Notes: generated by a model not told the origin, from the letters alone. A DNA stretch of 64,000 nucleotides from an uncultured Ectothiorhodospiraceae bacterium (GCA_945787715.1 CALZJE010000002.1:12417-76416), one strand, 5' to 3'; positions 37,636 through 48,675 are shown, numbered from the stretch's first letter. A program made the numbers and translations.

Positions 37636-37648
37636 ATAATAAATAGTG

Positions 37649-40453
37649 TTAGCTATCTTCGCTTTCGCTCGATTTAGTTGTAACTACTTCGTTAGTATCT
37701 GATTTGTTTTCACTTCCATCAGCATTTTCACTATTAGATTCGTAATTTTTATTTCCTCGGTTGTTCCGATAATTTCCACGATTACGGGAGCGCCCTTTAT
37801 CACCGCTTCTGTAACGACGCCGGTTTCTTCCATCTCTGCGAGGTTTATTTTCATCCGCAGAACCTGCTACTGACTCTTTTGCGGTCTCCACTGCATCGCT
37901 TGCGTTTTCCGGTTTCTTTCTCGGGCCACGGCGTGTCGCAGGACGAGCTTCTCCCGTTATTTCCGCTACAAAACTAAACTGTTCTGGTGAGTCAATTGCG
38001 GGCTGGTGAAACTGTTCCTCACCCTGATTGGAGTCATCACTTTGCGGTGAATAATTTGCTGAAGAAACACCTTCAGTAGCCGACGTTGAATCTTTCGGAC
38101 TTTGACGGACTTTGGATTCGTTTTGTGGTGCTGTTTCTTTTTCGGGCTGTTTCTGTTCGAGTGAGTTTGCGACTACTGAGGTTACAGCTTTATTCTCAAT
38201 TTTAGCATCCGTAAACTTTTTCTCAGCTTTCCCCCAAACAGATGATTCAGTTTTCTCTTCTGTGGTTTTTGTAGGAGCTGTAGTTTCAGAAGCGATAGTC
38301 GTTGTCGATTCCACTGAAGTAGGAGTCTCCACTTTTACGACAGGCGTTGAAGTTTTTACTGGTGTCTCAACAATTGTTTGTTTAGTTTCTACAAAACTTG
38401 AGGATTCTTGAATTTCAGTCGGGCTTTGTGCCGCAATCTCATCTCGAGGTTTGTTGACAACTTTGTTCTCCCGATTGTCCGTTCTATTGCGCGGCCGATT
38501 CGACTTGCGTGTATCTTTATCACCTGTTCGATTGCGGGTGTCACGTGGTTTAGCTGTGTTATCTTTTCTTTGAGTCGGTCGATCACTAGTGCCTGTTCGA
38601 TCGCGGGACTTAGTATCTCTGGGTTTATTTTGTGTCGATTTACTCCGGCCTTGTGGCCTATTGCGTTGCCCACCAGTGGCTCTTTTTGGTCTTGGAGATT
38701 CAGTGGATTGTGAGACGCTTCTCTCAGGAGCTGTGTAAGAAATGACCGCTTCACGCTTCACGCTCTTTTCTTTGTCATCGTTGCCAAAAAATGAACCCAT
38801 GATACGCCCAAAAAAACCGGTTTTTTCTTCAGTAGTTGCAGGTGGCTTTGGTGCTTGAGCGATTGATTTCACGACAGGTTGCTCGCCATACGTAGCAACA
38901 TCTGTGGATGTGGTCGGAATTTGTGGTGCTTCTTTTTCTTCTGAAAATCGGTAACTTGATTGTGCTTCTTCTTTGTCAGTCTCGCTCAATTTCACACGTT
39001 GTATATCATAATGTGGGGAATCGAGATTGGGACTAGGCACCAATACAATTTGTACATTGTGTTGAGATTCTACTTCTGCGATGGCTTTTCTTTTTTCATT
39101 AAGTAAGAAAGTTGCGACATCAATTGGCAGCTTGGCGATAAGTTTTGCTGTATTTTCCTTCATCGAATCTTCTTCAATGATTCGAAGAATGGATAATGCT
39201 AAGGATTCAACGCTACGGATAACGCCTTGACCTACACAGCGTGGGCAAACAATTTGATGGTGCTCACCAAGAGAGGGTCTTACCCGTTGACGAGACATTT
39301 CAAGAAGACCAAATCGTGAAATACGACCCACTTGAACACGCGCACGGTCCATTGTTAAGCAATCACGCAGTTTGTTTTCAACTTCGCGTTGATTCCTAAT
39401 AGGTGTCATATCAATAAAGTCGATGACGATTAAACCACCAAGGTCACGCAAGCGTAATTGACGGGCAATTTCTTCAGCGGCTTCCAGGTTGGTGTTGAGA
39501 GCAGTTTCTTCAATATCACCACCTTTAGTAGAACGTGCGGAGTTAATATCGACAGAGAGAAGCGCTTCGGTATGATCCATAACGATGGAGCCGCCAGAAG
39601 GCAGGGAAACTTCGCGCTGAAATGCCGTTTCAATCTGACTTTCTACCTGATACCGAATAAATAGTGGGATTGTGTCTTCGTAGAGCTTGATTTTAGAAAG
39701 GTTATGAGGCATCACTTGCGTCATAAAATCACGAGCTTTATCGTAGGTTTCACGATCATCGATTACAATTTCGGCAATATCCTTACGCAGATAATCACGA
39801 ATTGCACGAATGATAATGTTACTTTCTTGATAGATGAGAAAAGGTGCTTGTTTTTCTTTCGCGGCAGTAGCGATAGAAGTCCACAATTGAATGAGGTAGT
39901 CCAAATCCCATTGCAGTTCTTCAACGTTTTTCCCGACACCTGCAGTACGAACGATTAATCCCATGTTATTCGGGATTTCAAGTTGGCTCATTGCGTCACG
40001 AATTTCTGTTCGATCATCACCTTCGATGCGACGAGAAACACCACCAGCTCTTGGATTGTTAGGCATTAAAACAAGATAACGACCAGCGAGACTAATGAAG
40101 GTTGTTAAGGCTGCGCCTTTGTTGCCCCGTTCTTCTTTATCAACCTGGATGATTATTTCCTGGCCTTCATTGATAACATCTTTGATGCTGGGGCGTTTTC
40201 CGCTTTCGACAGGATTTACAAAATATTGTCGTGAGATTTCTTTGAGGGGTAAAAATCCATGGCGATCGGCGCCATAATCGACAAATGCTGCTTCAAGGCT
40301 CGGTTCTATTCGAGTGATCTTGGCTTTGTAAATATTTGATTTTTTTTGCTCTCTTGTTGTTGTCTCTATATCCAGATCGTATAATTTTTGACCATCAACC
40401 ATGGCCACACGCAACTCTTCACGCTGAGTTGCGTTAAAAAGCATTCTTTTCAT
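37649..40453 (-). CDS. rne: Ribonuclease E
   Basis: Catalytic N-terminal half begins [30 protein letters not shown]. The Arg/Pro/Ser-rich, low-complexity C-terminal scaffold half is typical of RNase E. Confidence 0.95.
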   Translation of the reverse strand: MKRMLFNATQREELRVAMVDGQKLYDLDIETTTREQKKSNIYKAKITRIEPSLEAAFVDYGADRHGFLPLKEISRQYFVNPVESGKRPSIKDVINEGQEIIIQVDKEERGNKGAALTTFISLAGRYLVLMPNNPRAGGVSRRIEGDDRTEIRDAMSQLEIPNNMGLIVRTAGVGKNVEELQWDLDYLIQLWTSIATAAKEKQAPFLIYQESNIIIRAIRDYLRKDIAEIVIDDRETYDKARDFMTQVMPHNLSKIKLYEDTIPLFIRYQVESQIETAFQREVSLPSGGSIVMDHTEALLSVDINSARSTKGGDIEETALNTNLEAAEEIARQLRLRDLGGLIVIDFIDMTPIRNQREVENKLRDCLTMDRARVQVGRISRFGLLEMSRQRVRPSLGEHHQIVCPRCVGQGVIRSVESLALSILRIIEEDSMKENTAKLIAKLPIDVATFLLNEKRKAIAEVESQHNVQIVLVPSPNLDSPHYDIQRVKLSETDKEEAQSSYRFSEEKEAPQIPTTSTDVATYGEQPVVKSIAQAPKPPATTEEKTGFFGRIMGSFFGNDDKEKSVKREAVISYTAPERSVSQSTESPRPKRATGGQRNRPQGRSKSTQNKPRDTKSRDRTGTSDRPTQRKDNTAKPRDTRNRTGDKDTRKSNRPRNRTDNRENKVVNKPRDEIAAQSPTEIQESSSFVETKQTIVETPVKTSTPVVKVETPTSVESTTTIASETTAPTKTTEEKTESSVWGKAEKKFTDAKIENKAVTSVVANSLEQKQPEKETAPQNESKVRQSPKDSTSATEGVSSANYSPQSDDSNQGEEQFHQPAIDSPEQFSFVAEITGEARPATRRGPRKKPENASDAVETAKESVAGSADENKPRRDGRNRRRYRSGDKGRSRNRGNYRNNRGNKNYESNSENADGSENKSDTNEVVTTKSSESEDS

Positions 40454-40800
40454 TCAGTTTTTTACTCTATTATTCTCTCAATAAGCGAGGGTGATCCACA
40501 TCGCGATTGCTTGTCTATAGCCTGATTATGATTGATTGTGTTGGCGTAACAAGGAGGCAATCAGAGAATAGACTCATCTACTGCAAACAAACCTGGTTGT
40601 GAATATTTCCCGATCAAACTTATTAAATAGATAAGAGTATCCACCTTATTGTGATCTGAAATTTTCCATGATTTAGGTTTGCGCTTGCAACGGTCGTAAT
40701 TCTCGGTGAGTCTCCTAAATGTCGTCGGCGTTAAAATATACAAATCGCTCGACCATCTTATTGAGTATTTATTAATCCAATATCTTCGCAAGATTATTCT
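40454..40800 (-). promoter_or_regulatory. Probable long rne 5' leader
   Basis: About 550 bp of non-coding DNA lies upstream of rne. In E. coli a ~360-nt leader mediates RNase E autoregulation. The transcription start is not identified here. Confidence 0.35.
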
Positions 40801-40822
40801 TGCAAGAAAATCCCATTGTTCA

Positions 40823-40850
40823 TTCAAGTACCGTACGTCTGCGGTATAAT
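40823..40850 (+). promoter_or_regulatory. Sigma-70 promoter candidate for rluC
   Basis: TTCAAG (40823-40828), a 16-nt spacer, then TATAAT (40845-40850). Confidence 0.45.
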
Positions 40851-41084
40851 GTATTCGATAAATTATCCTAGATATTTAAAAATCTAGAATTGTCTACACC
40901 GATAGTTTGCTTCAAATTGTTTGCTTTAAAATTAAGCACTCTTTTCCCTGAGGCATAACCTAAGCTGAATCGGCATATAAAAATTATTTACGCAACGACA
41001 TTTATCATGTCTTTGTGCATTAAATCAAGGTTTATATTACATTTTTTCCAAAGTAAGATCTATATTACTAACCAAGACAATAAT

Positions 41085-42059
41085 ATGACGTCAAAGAATA
41101 GAAAAGTTCCCCCTAATGCCAATCTGGAAACAGTTCGGTTCGTCGAAATTGATGAACATCATGCTGGTCAACGAATAGACAATTTTTTATTAAATTACTT
41201 AAAGGGTGTCCCTAAAACACATATTTACCGAATCATTCGTAAAGGTGAAGTGCGAATCAATAAGGGCCGCACCAAACCTCTTTACAAATTATGTATGGGC
41301 GATAGTGTCAGAATTCCACCCATACGAGTATCAGAAGCAAAAAACATCCCGACTCACATCGATGGAAAGCTAGGACAGCTAAAAAACTGCTTTATTTATG
41401 AAGATAGCTCATTAATCGTGCTTAATAAGCCTTCGGGATTAGCAGTTCATGGTGGAAGTGGAATTAACTTGGGTGTGATTGAGAGTTTAAGAGTGCTTAT
41501 GCCGCGTGAAAAGCGGCTAGAACTTGTACACCGTTTGGATAGGGATACCTCAGGATGTTTAATTATTGCAAAAAAAGCATCTGTTTTGAAAAAACTGCAC
41601 GAAATGATTCGTGAGAATGAAATGGAAAAGCAATATGTGGCTCTAATGAAAGGTCGCATGATGCAAAAAGAAGTGGTAGTTAAAGCACCCTTGAAAAAGT
41701 TTGTGACTCAGTCAGGTGAAAGAATGGTCACCATTGATGAAGAAGGTAAAGCTGCAAAGACGATTTTTTATCCAAAGCAGGTTTTCGAGAACGCAACGTT
41801 AACGGATATAAAATTGATCACAGGACGCACTCATCAAATACGGGTACACAGTATGCATTTGGGCCATAATATCGCCGGTGATGAAAAATATGGTGATAAA
41901 AGCTTTAATGCTGAAATGAAAGCGATGGGACTGAAGCGCCTATTTTTACACGCACGAAGTGTAAGGTTTGAGCATCCTGTAACAGGGGAGATAATGAATC
42001 CTATTGCCACTATGGATAAACAATTAACTGGAGTGTTAAAAAAATTAAGTGATGTATAA
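41085..42059 (+). CDS. rluC: 23S rRNA pseudouridine synthase RluC (RluA family, S4 domain)
   Basis: S4 domain (RIDNFLLNYLKGVPKTHIYRIIRKGEVRIN) and catalytic HRLDRDTSG. Divergent from rne as in E. coli. ATG 41085 is preferred over 41007. Confidence 0.88.
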   Translation: MTSKNRKVPPNANLETVRFVEIDEHHAGQRIDNFLLNYLKGVPKTHIYRIIRKGEVRINKGRTKPLYKLCMGDSVRIPPIRVSEAKNIPTHIDGKLGQLKNCFIYEDSSLIVLNKPSGLAVHGGSGINLGVIESLRVLMPREKRLELVHRLDRDTSGCLIIAKKASVLKKLHEMIRENEMEKQYVALMKGRMMQKEVVVKAPLKKFVTQSGERMVTIDEEGKAAKTIFYPKQVFENATLTDIKLITGRTHQIRVHSMHLGHNIAGDEKYGDKSFNAEMKAMGLKRLFLHARSVRFEHPVTGEIMNPIATMDKQLTGVLKKLSDV

Positions 42060-42729
42060 ATTATTAGTATTTGATTGGGATGGTACCTTAATGGATTCCC
42101 AGCAGGAGATAATCAGTTGTTTTCAATGGGCAACGCACGACCTGAGTATGGAGCCGCCAACTGACGAGGCTATAAGAAATATTATTGGTTTGGGCATGCG
42201 TGAGGCAATTACTGCACTTTTCCCCACGCTTAATTCACCCGAGCAACAGTCTGCACTCGTGGAGCGTTATCGTCATTACTATTTTTCGCCGCAGAAACCA
42301 CCATCCGCACTTTTTGAGGGTGTATTGGAGTTATTGCACTCACTTCATGAGCAAGGCTATTTTCTTGCCGTAGCGACTGGGAAGGGTAGGCGTGGTTTAG
42401 ATGGTGTACTAAAAAATACTGGGCTTGATGCGCTCTTTCACTATAGCCGCTGTGTTGATGAAGCGCATTCCAAGCCTCATCCGCAAATGCTCGAAGATGT
42501 CATGGATTATCTGTGTGTTATGCCGAAAGATGCATTAATGATCGGTGACACAGAATATGACCTACAAATGGCTAATAATGCGAACGTAGCAAGTGTTGCT
42601 GTTGGCTGTGGTGCACATGAAAAGTCGCGTTTATTGATGCATAATCCATTAGTGTATTTAGATCATACTAACGAATTAGGTGATTGGTTAAAACAGGACC
42701 CTATGACAATTTCTCAATCACTTACATAA
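42052..42729 (+). CDS. HAD-superfamily hydrolase (phosphoglycolate-phosphatase-like)
   Basis: LLVFDWDGTL motif I and GDTEYD motif IV. Confidence 0.75.
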   Translation: MYKLLVFDWDGTLMDSQQEIISCFQWATHDLSMEPPTDEAIRNIIGLGMREAITALFPTLNSPEQQSALVERYRHYYFSPQKPPSALFEGVLELLHSLHEQGYFLAVATGKGRRGLDGVLKNTGLDALFHYSRCVDEAHSKPHPQMLEDVMDYLCVMPKDALMIGDTEYDLQMANNANVASVAVGCGAHEKSRLLMHNPLVYLDHTNELGDWLKQDPMTISQSLT

Positions 42730-42752
42730 AACGGAAAGAGAGTTATAACCTG

Positions 42753-43949
42753 ATGACGGATAAAAATGAGAACGATCCTTTGAAAAATAGACCAGAAGAA
42801 AAGTCGACTGGTTCAGAAGGTGTGGAGTCGAAATCATCTAATACAGAATCAACAGCAAATAAAGTCGAAAGTAAGGATGATCCGTGGACAAATGATTACG
42901 TCACGGAGTCTGTTTCGCCAGAAGTTGGGGCTAATGTGAAAAAAGAGGGTGTTGCTCAAAAAGAGCAGGCGCAAGAGATGAAGCCAAAGGAAAAAGGAAA
43001 AGATAAAAAACCAGATTTGTCTAAAGAAGGGTGGGAGCGTGATCTTCTTAATCGTCTAGCATTTTCAGCGGTTAATGAACAGCGTCGAAATCGTCGTTGG
43101 AGTGTGTTTTTTAAATTTGCATTTTTAACTTATGTTGTTGGTATTTTAATTATCTACTTTCCTGAAGATCGTGGTGACATACACATAGGGCCGCATACGG
43201 CAATGGTAGAAATTTCAGGGCCCATTGCTGATAACGCTTTTGCCAATGCAAATAGCATAATCAGTGGAATGCGTGCTGCCTTCGAGGATAAAAATACCAA
43301 GGCTGTTGTGTTGAGAATCAATAGCCCCGGTGGAAGTCCTGTTCAAGCAGGCTATATTAATGATGAAATTTTTCGCCTGCGAGAGAAGTATCCAGATACT
43401 CCCATCTATTCTGTTGTAACAGACATGGCGGCTTCAGCTGCGTATTACATAGCCTCTGGAACAAAAGATATCTATGCAGATAAAGCGAGTATTGTTGGCT
43501 CCATTGGCGTGTTAATGGATGGCTTTGGTTTTGTTGATACAATTGACAAACTGGGTGTTGAGCGACGGTTGATGACGGCGGGTGAAAATAAAGGATTTCT
43601 TGATCCCTTTTCTCCGGTAAATCCTAAGAATGAACAGCATATGCAAAATCTTTTGGATAATGTTCACGAGCAATTTATATCTACTGTGAAAAAGGGACGA
43701 GGTGATCGATTGGTTGAGAATCCCGAGCTATTTTCAGGCCTGTTTTGGTCGGGAGAAAAAAGTGTTGAGCTGGGATTGGTTGATGGTCTTGGTAGCCTGG
43801 GTTATGTTGCACGTGACATAGTTGGGCAAGAGAAAATTGTCGATTTTACACCTCGACCCAATTATCTGGATCGATTTGCGGAACGTTTAGGCGTAGCGAC
43901 TGCAAATACGCTATCCTCGGTTTTGTTCCCGCAAGGTGGAATGAAGTAA
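42753..43949 (+). CDS. S49-family peptidase (SppA 36K/SohB-like)
   Basis: Acidic/Lys-rich N-terminal region, one TM helix, and an S49 core (VVLRINSPGGSPV, AASAAYYIAS). ATG 42753 is preferred. Confidence 0.8.
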   Translation: MTDKNENDPLKNRPEEKSTGSEGVESKSSNTESTANKVESKDDPWTNDYVTESVSPEVGANVKKEGVAQKEQAQEMKPKEKGKDKKPDLSKEGWERDLLNRLAFSAVNEQRRNRRWSVFFKFAFLTYVVGILIIYFPEDRGDIHIGPHTAMVEISGPIADNAFANANSIISGMRAAFEDKNTKAVVLRINSPGGSPVQAGYINDEIFRLREKYPDTPIYSVVTDMAASAAYYIASGTKDIYADKASIVGSIGVLMDGFGFVDTIDKLGVERRLMTAGENKGFLDPFSPVNPKNEQHMQNLLDNVHEQFISTVKKGRGDRLVENPELFSGLFWSGEKSVELGLVDGLGSLGYVARDIVGQEKIVDFTPRPNYLDRFAERLGVATANTLSSVLFPQGGMK

Positions 43950-43991
43950 AAAGTGGAATGAAATAAATTTACTGATAAAAAAGGGGGGGAG

Positions 43992-44570
43992 TTAAGGAAC
44001 TTCCACCCCTATATGTTCGAGCATCTGTGTTAACCGAATCAAAGGCAGGCCAATCAAAGCGGTTGGATCATCACCATTCATTCGATTGGTGAGTGAAATT
44101 CCAAGTCCTTCTGATTTAAAAGAACCGGCACAGTTAAATGCAGGCTCCTTGTGCAAATAGCGACGAATTTTTTCTTCTGATAAGGCTTTAAACTCAACAA
44201 AGAATTTTATCTCTTCTGTTTGTATAAGTGCGCTATTGGTGTGGATTACGCATAAGCCAGTATGGAATGTTACTCGCTTAGCTGAGATCTTTTTCAATTG
44301 TTCAACAGCGCTTTCAAGATTTCCTGGCTTACCTAAGATCTCATTATCAATTGCTGCGACCTGATCGCTACCAATGACAATCACATCCACTATTTTTTCT
44401 GCAACAGCATTGGCTTTTTCTTTGGCCAGCCGCAGAACCAGTTCAGAAGGTGTTTCGCCTTCCAGTCTGGACTCATCGATGTCAGGTGATGAAATATCAA
44501 AATCAAGATGCAAGCGTGAAAGTAGCTCCCGTCGAAAAGGAGAGCTAGAGGCTAAGACGATACGACTCAT
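43992..44570 (-). CDS. maf: Maf-like nucleoside triphosphate pyrophosphatase
   Basis: MSRIVLASSSPFRRELL N-terminus. The internal ATG 44570 is preferred over the track's 44594, which would overlap pycB. Confidence 0.85.
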   Translation of the reverse strand: MSRIVLASSSPFRRELLSRLHLDFDISSPDIDESRLEGETPSELVLRLAKEKANAVAEKIVDVIVIGSDQVAAIDNEILGKPGNLESAVEQLKKISAKRVTFHTGLCVIHTNSALIQTEEIKFFVEFKALSEEKIRRYLHKEPAFNCAGSFKSEGLGISLTNRMNGDDPTALIGLPLIRLTQMLEHIGVEVP

Positions 44571-44580
44571 AGATCCTGGC

Positions 44581-46425
44581 TTATCCGATTTCAATCAGTG
44601 TCTCGTCTGGATTTACGGTATCGCCTTTGACAATATAAATCGTATTGACGGTTCCAGCGACGGGCGCTTGCACCTCAGTTTCCATTTTCATGGCTTCTGT
44701 CACAAACAAAGGATCCCCGGCATTTACTGAGTCTCCCTCTTTCACGAGTACTTCGACAATCGTTCCGGGCATGGATGTGGTGACATGGCCAGGTGCTGTC
44801 GCTTTTGGTCTTTTGCTACCACTGCTTGAGGAGGATGATGAGATTGCACTTGAAGAAATGCCGCCGCCCATAGGTTCAGTAACAATTTCTGATAGTGTTT
44901 CTACTAGTATCTCTTCTGGAACGCCATCTACTGTGAGGTAGAAGGGTCGTTGTGCCTGGAACTTATGGCCGGATCCTGTAATTTTAATATTGTAACTTTC
45001 ACCATGCATAGTTACGTTAAATTCAGTTGGCGCAACACCACAAACGGTAGCATTATCATCCTTTGGAGGCTCTAGAGGTTCCGCTGTTAGAGTTCCTGCT
45101 TTTCTGTTTTCAAGAAAATCACGACCAATGTCCGGGAACATGGCGAACGTAAGCACATCTTCTTCAGATTCTGCAAGTGCACCAATATCAGCTTTGAGGT
45201 TTTCCATTTCAGGCTTGAGAAGATCTGCAGGGCGACAGGTAATAATATCTTCATCACCAACCGCTTGTTGTCGAATTAACTCATTTACATCGCTGGGTGA
45301 TTTCCCATAATGGCCGAGCAGGTAGTTTTTAACTTCATTAGTAATCGTTTTGTACCTTTCCCCAATCATGACATTAAGTACCGCCTGAGTGCCAACAATT
45401 TGTGAAGTTGGTGTTACCAGAGGAGGATAGCCAAGGTCTTCTCGGACTCTGGGGATTTCATCCAATACTTCATTAATTCGTTTTAGTTCACCTTGTTCGC
45501 GAAGCTGGTTGCTCAGATTTGAAATCATGCCACCCGGCACCTGGTTGACTTGAACGCGAGTATCTAAGCCAGTGAATTCACTTTCAAACTGATGATATTT
45601 TTTTCGTACACCCTGGAAATAGAATCCGAGCTCTTGTAGTTTTTCGAGGTCTAGTCCTGTGTCATATTCCGTATTCATAAGCGCAGCAACCATGCTTTCT
45701 GTGGCTGGATGGCTAGCGCCTTCTGCAAAAGACGAAATAGCCGTATCAATGTGCAGGCAACCGTTTTCAATAGCCTTTAATTGACACATGGCTGAAAGCC
45801 CGGCTGTCGCATGTGAGTGAAGGTGGATGGGGATATTAATTTCTTTATTTAAGGCCTTAATTAACTCTGCAGTAACAAGTGGGGTTAATAACCCAGCCAT
45901 ATCTTTGATGGCAATACTGTCACAACCAAGTTCTTGTAGATTTTTTGCGTTTTCAGTGAAGCCTTGAATCGAATGGACGGGGCTTGTGGTGTATGAAATT
46001 GTGCCTTGCGCATGTTTGCCCGCAGCTTTTACCGCCTTTATGGAAGTTTCCATATTGCGAGTATCGTTTAGTGCATCAAAAATTCGGAAAACGTCTATGC
46101 CGTTATCCGCAGCTTTCTTGATAAACATTTCAACAACATCATCAGAGTAATGACGATAACCCAGCAGGTTTTGACCGCGCAACAACATTTGCAGACGTGT
46201 ATTTGGCATTGCTTCTCTGAGCGCGCGGAGGCGTTCCCATGGATCTTCTTTGAGAAACCTTACACATGCATCAAATGTCGCTCCGCCCCACATTTCGAGT
46301 GACCAAAAGCCGATCTGATCGAGGCGTTTACACGCAGGAAGCATGTCTTCCGTTCGCATACGCGTTGCGATAAGGGATTGGTGTCCATCTCGTAATACCG
46401 TTTCGGTAATATGCACCTTGGGCAT
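44581..46425 (-). CDS. pycB: Pyruvate carboxylase subunit B (carboxyltransferase + biotinyl domain; OadA-like)
   Basis: HMGL-like TIM barrel start ITETVLRDGHQS and a C-terminal biotin attachment AMKMETE. It sits directly downstream of a biotin carboxylase and has no oadB/oadG neighbours. Confidence 0.75.
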   Translation of the reverse strand: MPKVHITETVLRDGHQSLIATRMRTEDMLPACKRLDQIGFWSLEMWGGATFDACVRFLKEDPWERLRALREAMPNTRLQMLLRGQNLLGYRHYSDDVVEMFIKKAADNGIDVFRIFDALNDTRNMETSIKAVKAAGKHAQGTISYTTSPVHSIQGFTENAKNLQELGCDSIAIKDMAGLLTPLVTAELIKALNKEINIPIHLHSHATAGLSAMCQLKAIENGCLHIDTAISSFAEGASHPATESMVAALMNTEYDTGLDLEKLQELGFYFQGVRKKYHQFESEFTGLDTRVQVNQVPGGMISNLSNQLREQGELKRINEVLDEIPRVREDLGYPPLVTPTSQIVGTQAVLNVMIGERYKTITNEVKNYLLGHYGKSPSDVNELIRQQAVGDEDIITCRPADLLKPEMENLKADIGALAESEEDVLTFAMFPDIGRDFLENRKAGTLTAEPLEPPKDDNATVCGVAPTEFNVTMHGESYNIKITGSGHKFQAQRPFYLTVDGVPEEILVETLSEIVTEPMGGGISSSAISSSSSSSGSKRPKATAPGHVTTSMPGTIVEVLVKEGDSVNAGDPLFVTEAMKMETEVQAPVAGTVNTIYIVKGDTVNPDETLIEIG

Positions 46426-46449
46426 TTATAATCTCCTGGAGAGTTTAAA

Positions 46450-47868
46450 TTAAACACGCATATGCGCAGATAAGGCAGCTGCTATAACTGCAGCAAGTTC
46501 TCGGGGTGGGCGCCTTAATGAGTAGTTTGAAAGTTCAGGGTGTGCTTCGACAAATCCGGTATCGATTTTTCCACTTTGAAATTCTTCTGTTTTCAGAATT
46601 TCCAGTTGGTAGGGGATCGTTGTTTTAACGCCGTATACACTAATGTCGTTTAGCGCGCGTTCCGAGCGTCGGATGACCTCTTCCCAGGTTAGTGCCCATA
46701 CCGTGAGTTTTACACACATAGAATCATAGTAGGGAGGTATCTGATAACCGCTATAGATTGCACTATCTGTGCGGATGCCTGGGCCACCAGGTGCAAAATA
46801 TCGGGTTATGCGACCAAAGCTTGGTAGGAAATCGTTTTTTGGATCTTCTGCATTGATGCGAAACTCAACAGCAAAACCGCGGCGTTGAATATCAGACTGT
46901 TTAAAAGGAAGAGCTTCACCTGCCGCAATACGAATTTGATTTTGAACAATGTCAATGCCAGTAATAGCTTCAGTCACTGTATGTTCCACTTGAAGACGAG
47001 TGTTCATTTCCATGAAATAGACATTTTCGTCGTGATCCATCAAGAATTCTACAGTCCCTGCATTTTCGTATTTCACGATTTGTGCGGCTTTTACCGCAAA
47101 AGCACCAAGTTTTTCCCTGAGTTCTTCGTCAACTTGTGGAGAAGGTGCAATTTCAACCAACTTCTGGTGGCGTCGCTGTACAGAGCAGTCACGTTCAAAT
47201 AGGTGAATGGTGTTGCCATGGCTGTCGGCGAGTATTTGTACTTCTATGTGCCTAGGATTGACTACACATTTTTCCATAAAAACGTCAGCACTACCGAAAG
47301 CTTTGGTAGCTTCTGAGATAACCCGCTCATAATTTTTTTCGAGTTCTGATTTGTTGTCACAACGACGAATACCGCGCCCACCGCCGCCTGATGTGGCTTT
47401 AAGCATGATAGGGTAGCCAATTTCATCGGCGATTTTTAGTGCTTCACTAAGATCTTTTAGATTTTCTTCAGTCCCAGGTGTTACAGGCACACCTGCTGCA
47501 ATCATGGCTTTGCGGGCTTGTGTTTTATCACCCATGCGGTGGATAACATCAGAGCACGGGCCGATAAATTTAATCCCTCGTCGCGCGCAAGCTCTTGCCA
47601 GGTCGGGGTTTTCAGAGAGAAAGCCATATCCTGGGTGGAGCGCATCGCATCCTGTGGCTACAGCGAGATTGACTATTCTATGAACATTCAAATAGCCCGC
47701 GATAGAATCTGGGCCTATATTGTAAGCTTCGTCTGCCTTTTTTACGTGAAGCGCATGACGATCAGGTTCAGCATAGATCGCAACAGATTTAATTCCCATT
47801 TCTGCACAAGCGCGGACAATTCGAACAGCAATTTCTCCGCGATTCGCAATAAGTATCTTTTTGATCAA
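46450..47868 (-). CDS. pycA: Pyruvate carboxylase subunit A (biotin carboxylase)
   Basis: KILIANRGEIAVRI, ATP-grasp motifs, 472 aa. Its pairing with pycB suggests a two-subunit pyruvate carboxylase rather than AccC. Confidence 0.75.
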   Translation of the reverse strand: MIKKILIANRGEIAVRIVRACAEMGIKSVAIYAEPDRHALHVKKADEAYNIGPDSIAGYLNVHRIVNLAVATGCDALHPGYGFLSENPDLARACARRGIKFIGPCSDVIHRMGDKTQARKAMIAAGVPVTPGTEENLKDLSEALKIADEIGYPIMLKATSGGGGRGIRRCDNKSELEKNYERVISEATKAFGSADVFMEKCVVNPRHIEVQILADSHGNTIHLFERDCSVQRRHQKLVEIAPSPQVDEELREKLGAFAVKAAQIVKYENAGTVEFLMDHDENVYFMEMNTRLQVEHTVTEAITGIDIVQNQIRIAAGEALPFKQSDIQRRGFAVEFRINAEDPKNDFLPSFGRITRYFAPGGPGIRTDSAIYSGYQIPPYYDSMCVKLTVWALTWEEVIRRSERALNDISVYGVKTTIPYQLEILKTEEFQSGKIDTGFVEAHPELSNYSLRRPPRELAAVIAAALSAHMRV

Positions 47869-48087
47869 GTGTTGTTCCTGCGTTTTATAAATCTTAATCC
47901 ATTGATATGCTTATAGTATGCCGATGATTTGGTCATTTAGAAATAAAAGGCGGCAAATCTAATCAACAGCAAAGCAATTCGACTCAATCTTAAGCTTAGA
48001 TTTCACGTAATTAGCTTTGTAAAGTCAAGTTATTCATACTTTTTTAATAAATTAGTGAAAAATGCAGCGAAACAGGTGGACTTTCTT

Positions 48088-48116
48088 TTGACAGGAACAC
48101 AATCCGCGACTATTAT
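48088..48116 (+). promoter_or_regulatory. Sigma-70 promoter candidate for the yceD-rpmF-plsX-fab operon
   Basis: TTGACA (48088-48093), a 17-nt spacer, then TATTAT (48111-48116), 10 nt before the yceD ATG region. Confidence 0.5.
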
Positions 48117-48125
48117 TGCCGCCCA

Positions 48126-48656
48126 ATGCCTGAGCGACTACCCGTATTTATAAACCCCGAGAATGTTGCCTCCCGAGGTTTGCAGACTTCAGGGGTTCTG
48201 TCTTTGGAAAAAATGGATCGCTTAATTGATCGTTTAGTTGCACCTTTTGGTAAGGTCCGGGTTTCTCTGGCTTTTGCTAAGGAAGGTCAACATATGACAA
48301 TGCATGGGAATGTTGTTGGCAACATGTTTGTCGAATGTCAACGATGTATGCAGGCGCTAGAATTTAAGGTAGACCATGAGTTTGAACTTGGTCTTATCAA
48401 AAGTGAAGCTGAAATAGAATGTTTGTTGCCAGGTCAAGAGCCTCTATTAATAAGTCATGAAGATATTCGATTGGCTGACATAATAGAAGATGAGCTTGAG
48501 CTTTTATTGCCGATGTCCGTTATGCATGAGCCTGAGGAGTGCTCTGTAGCTCGGGATTACGGAGTAAATGAAGAGGTGATCATCACAGATGACTCAAGTA
48601 ATGAACAACCGCCAAAGAAAAATCCTTTCTCGGCACTCGCGGATCTGAAAAAATAG
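48126..48656 (+). CDS. yceD: YceD (DUF177) 23S rRNA accumulation protein
   Basis: 176 aa, CxxC pair (ECQRCMQ), acidic C-terminus, directly upstream of rpmF. Confidence 0.85.
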   Translation: MPERLPVFINPENVASRGLQTSGVLSLEKMDRLIDRLVAPFGKVRVSLAFAKEGQHMTMHGNVVGNMFVECQRCMQALEFKVDHEFELGLIKSEAEIECLLPGQEPLLISHEDIRLADIIEDELELLLPMSVMHEPEECSVARDYGVNEEVIITDDSSNEQPPKKNPFSALADLKK

Positions 48657-48675
48657 TTGAATAAAGGAGTTAATA

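Noticed and set aside
38112-38754. Overlapping ORFs on both strands inside the rne 3' half, plus the in-frame duplicated segment KPRDT(K/R)xR(D)RTG at about 38521-38555 and 38590-38630.
   Set aside because: These open frames are a by-product of the low-complexity, codon-biased Arg/Pro/Ser-rich RNase E scaffold region. The duplication is an in-frame Arg-rich RNA-binding-type segment, not a mobile or regulatory repeat.
40561-40827. An 88-aa ORF on the minus strand upstream of rne.
   Set aside because: It lies wholly within the expected rne leader, has no SD, has odd composition (W/R/Y/I-rich), and overlaps the divergent rluC promoter.
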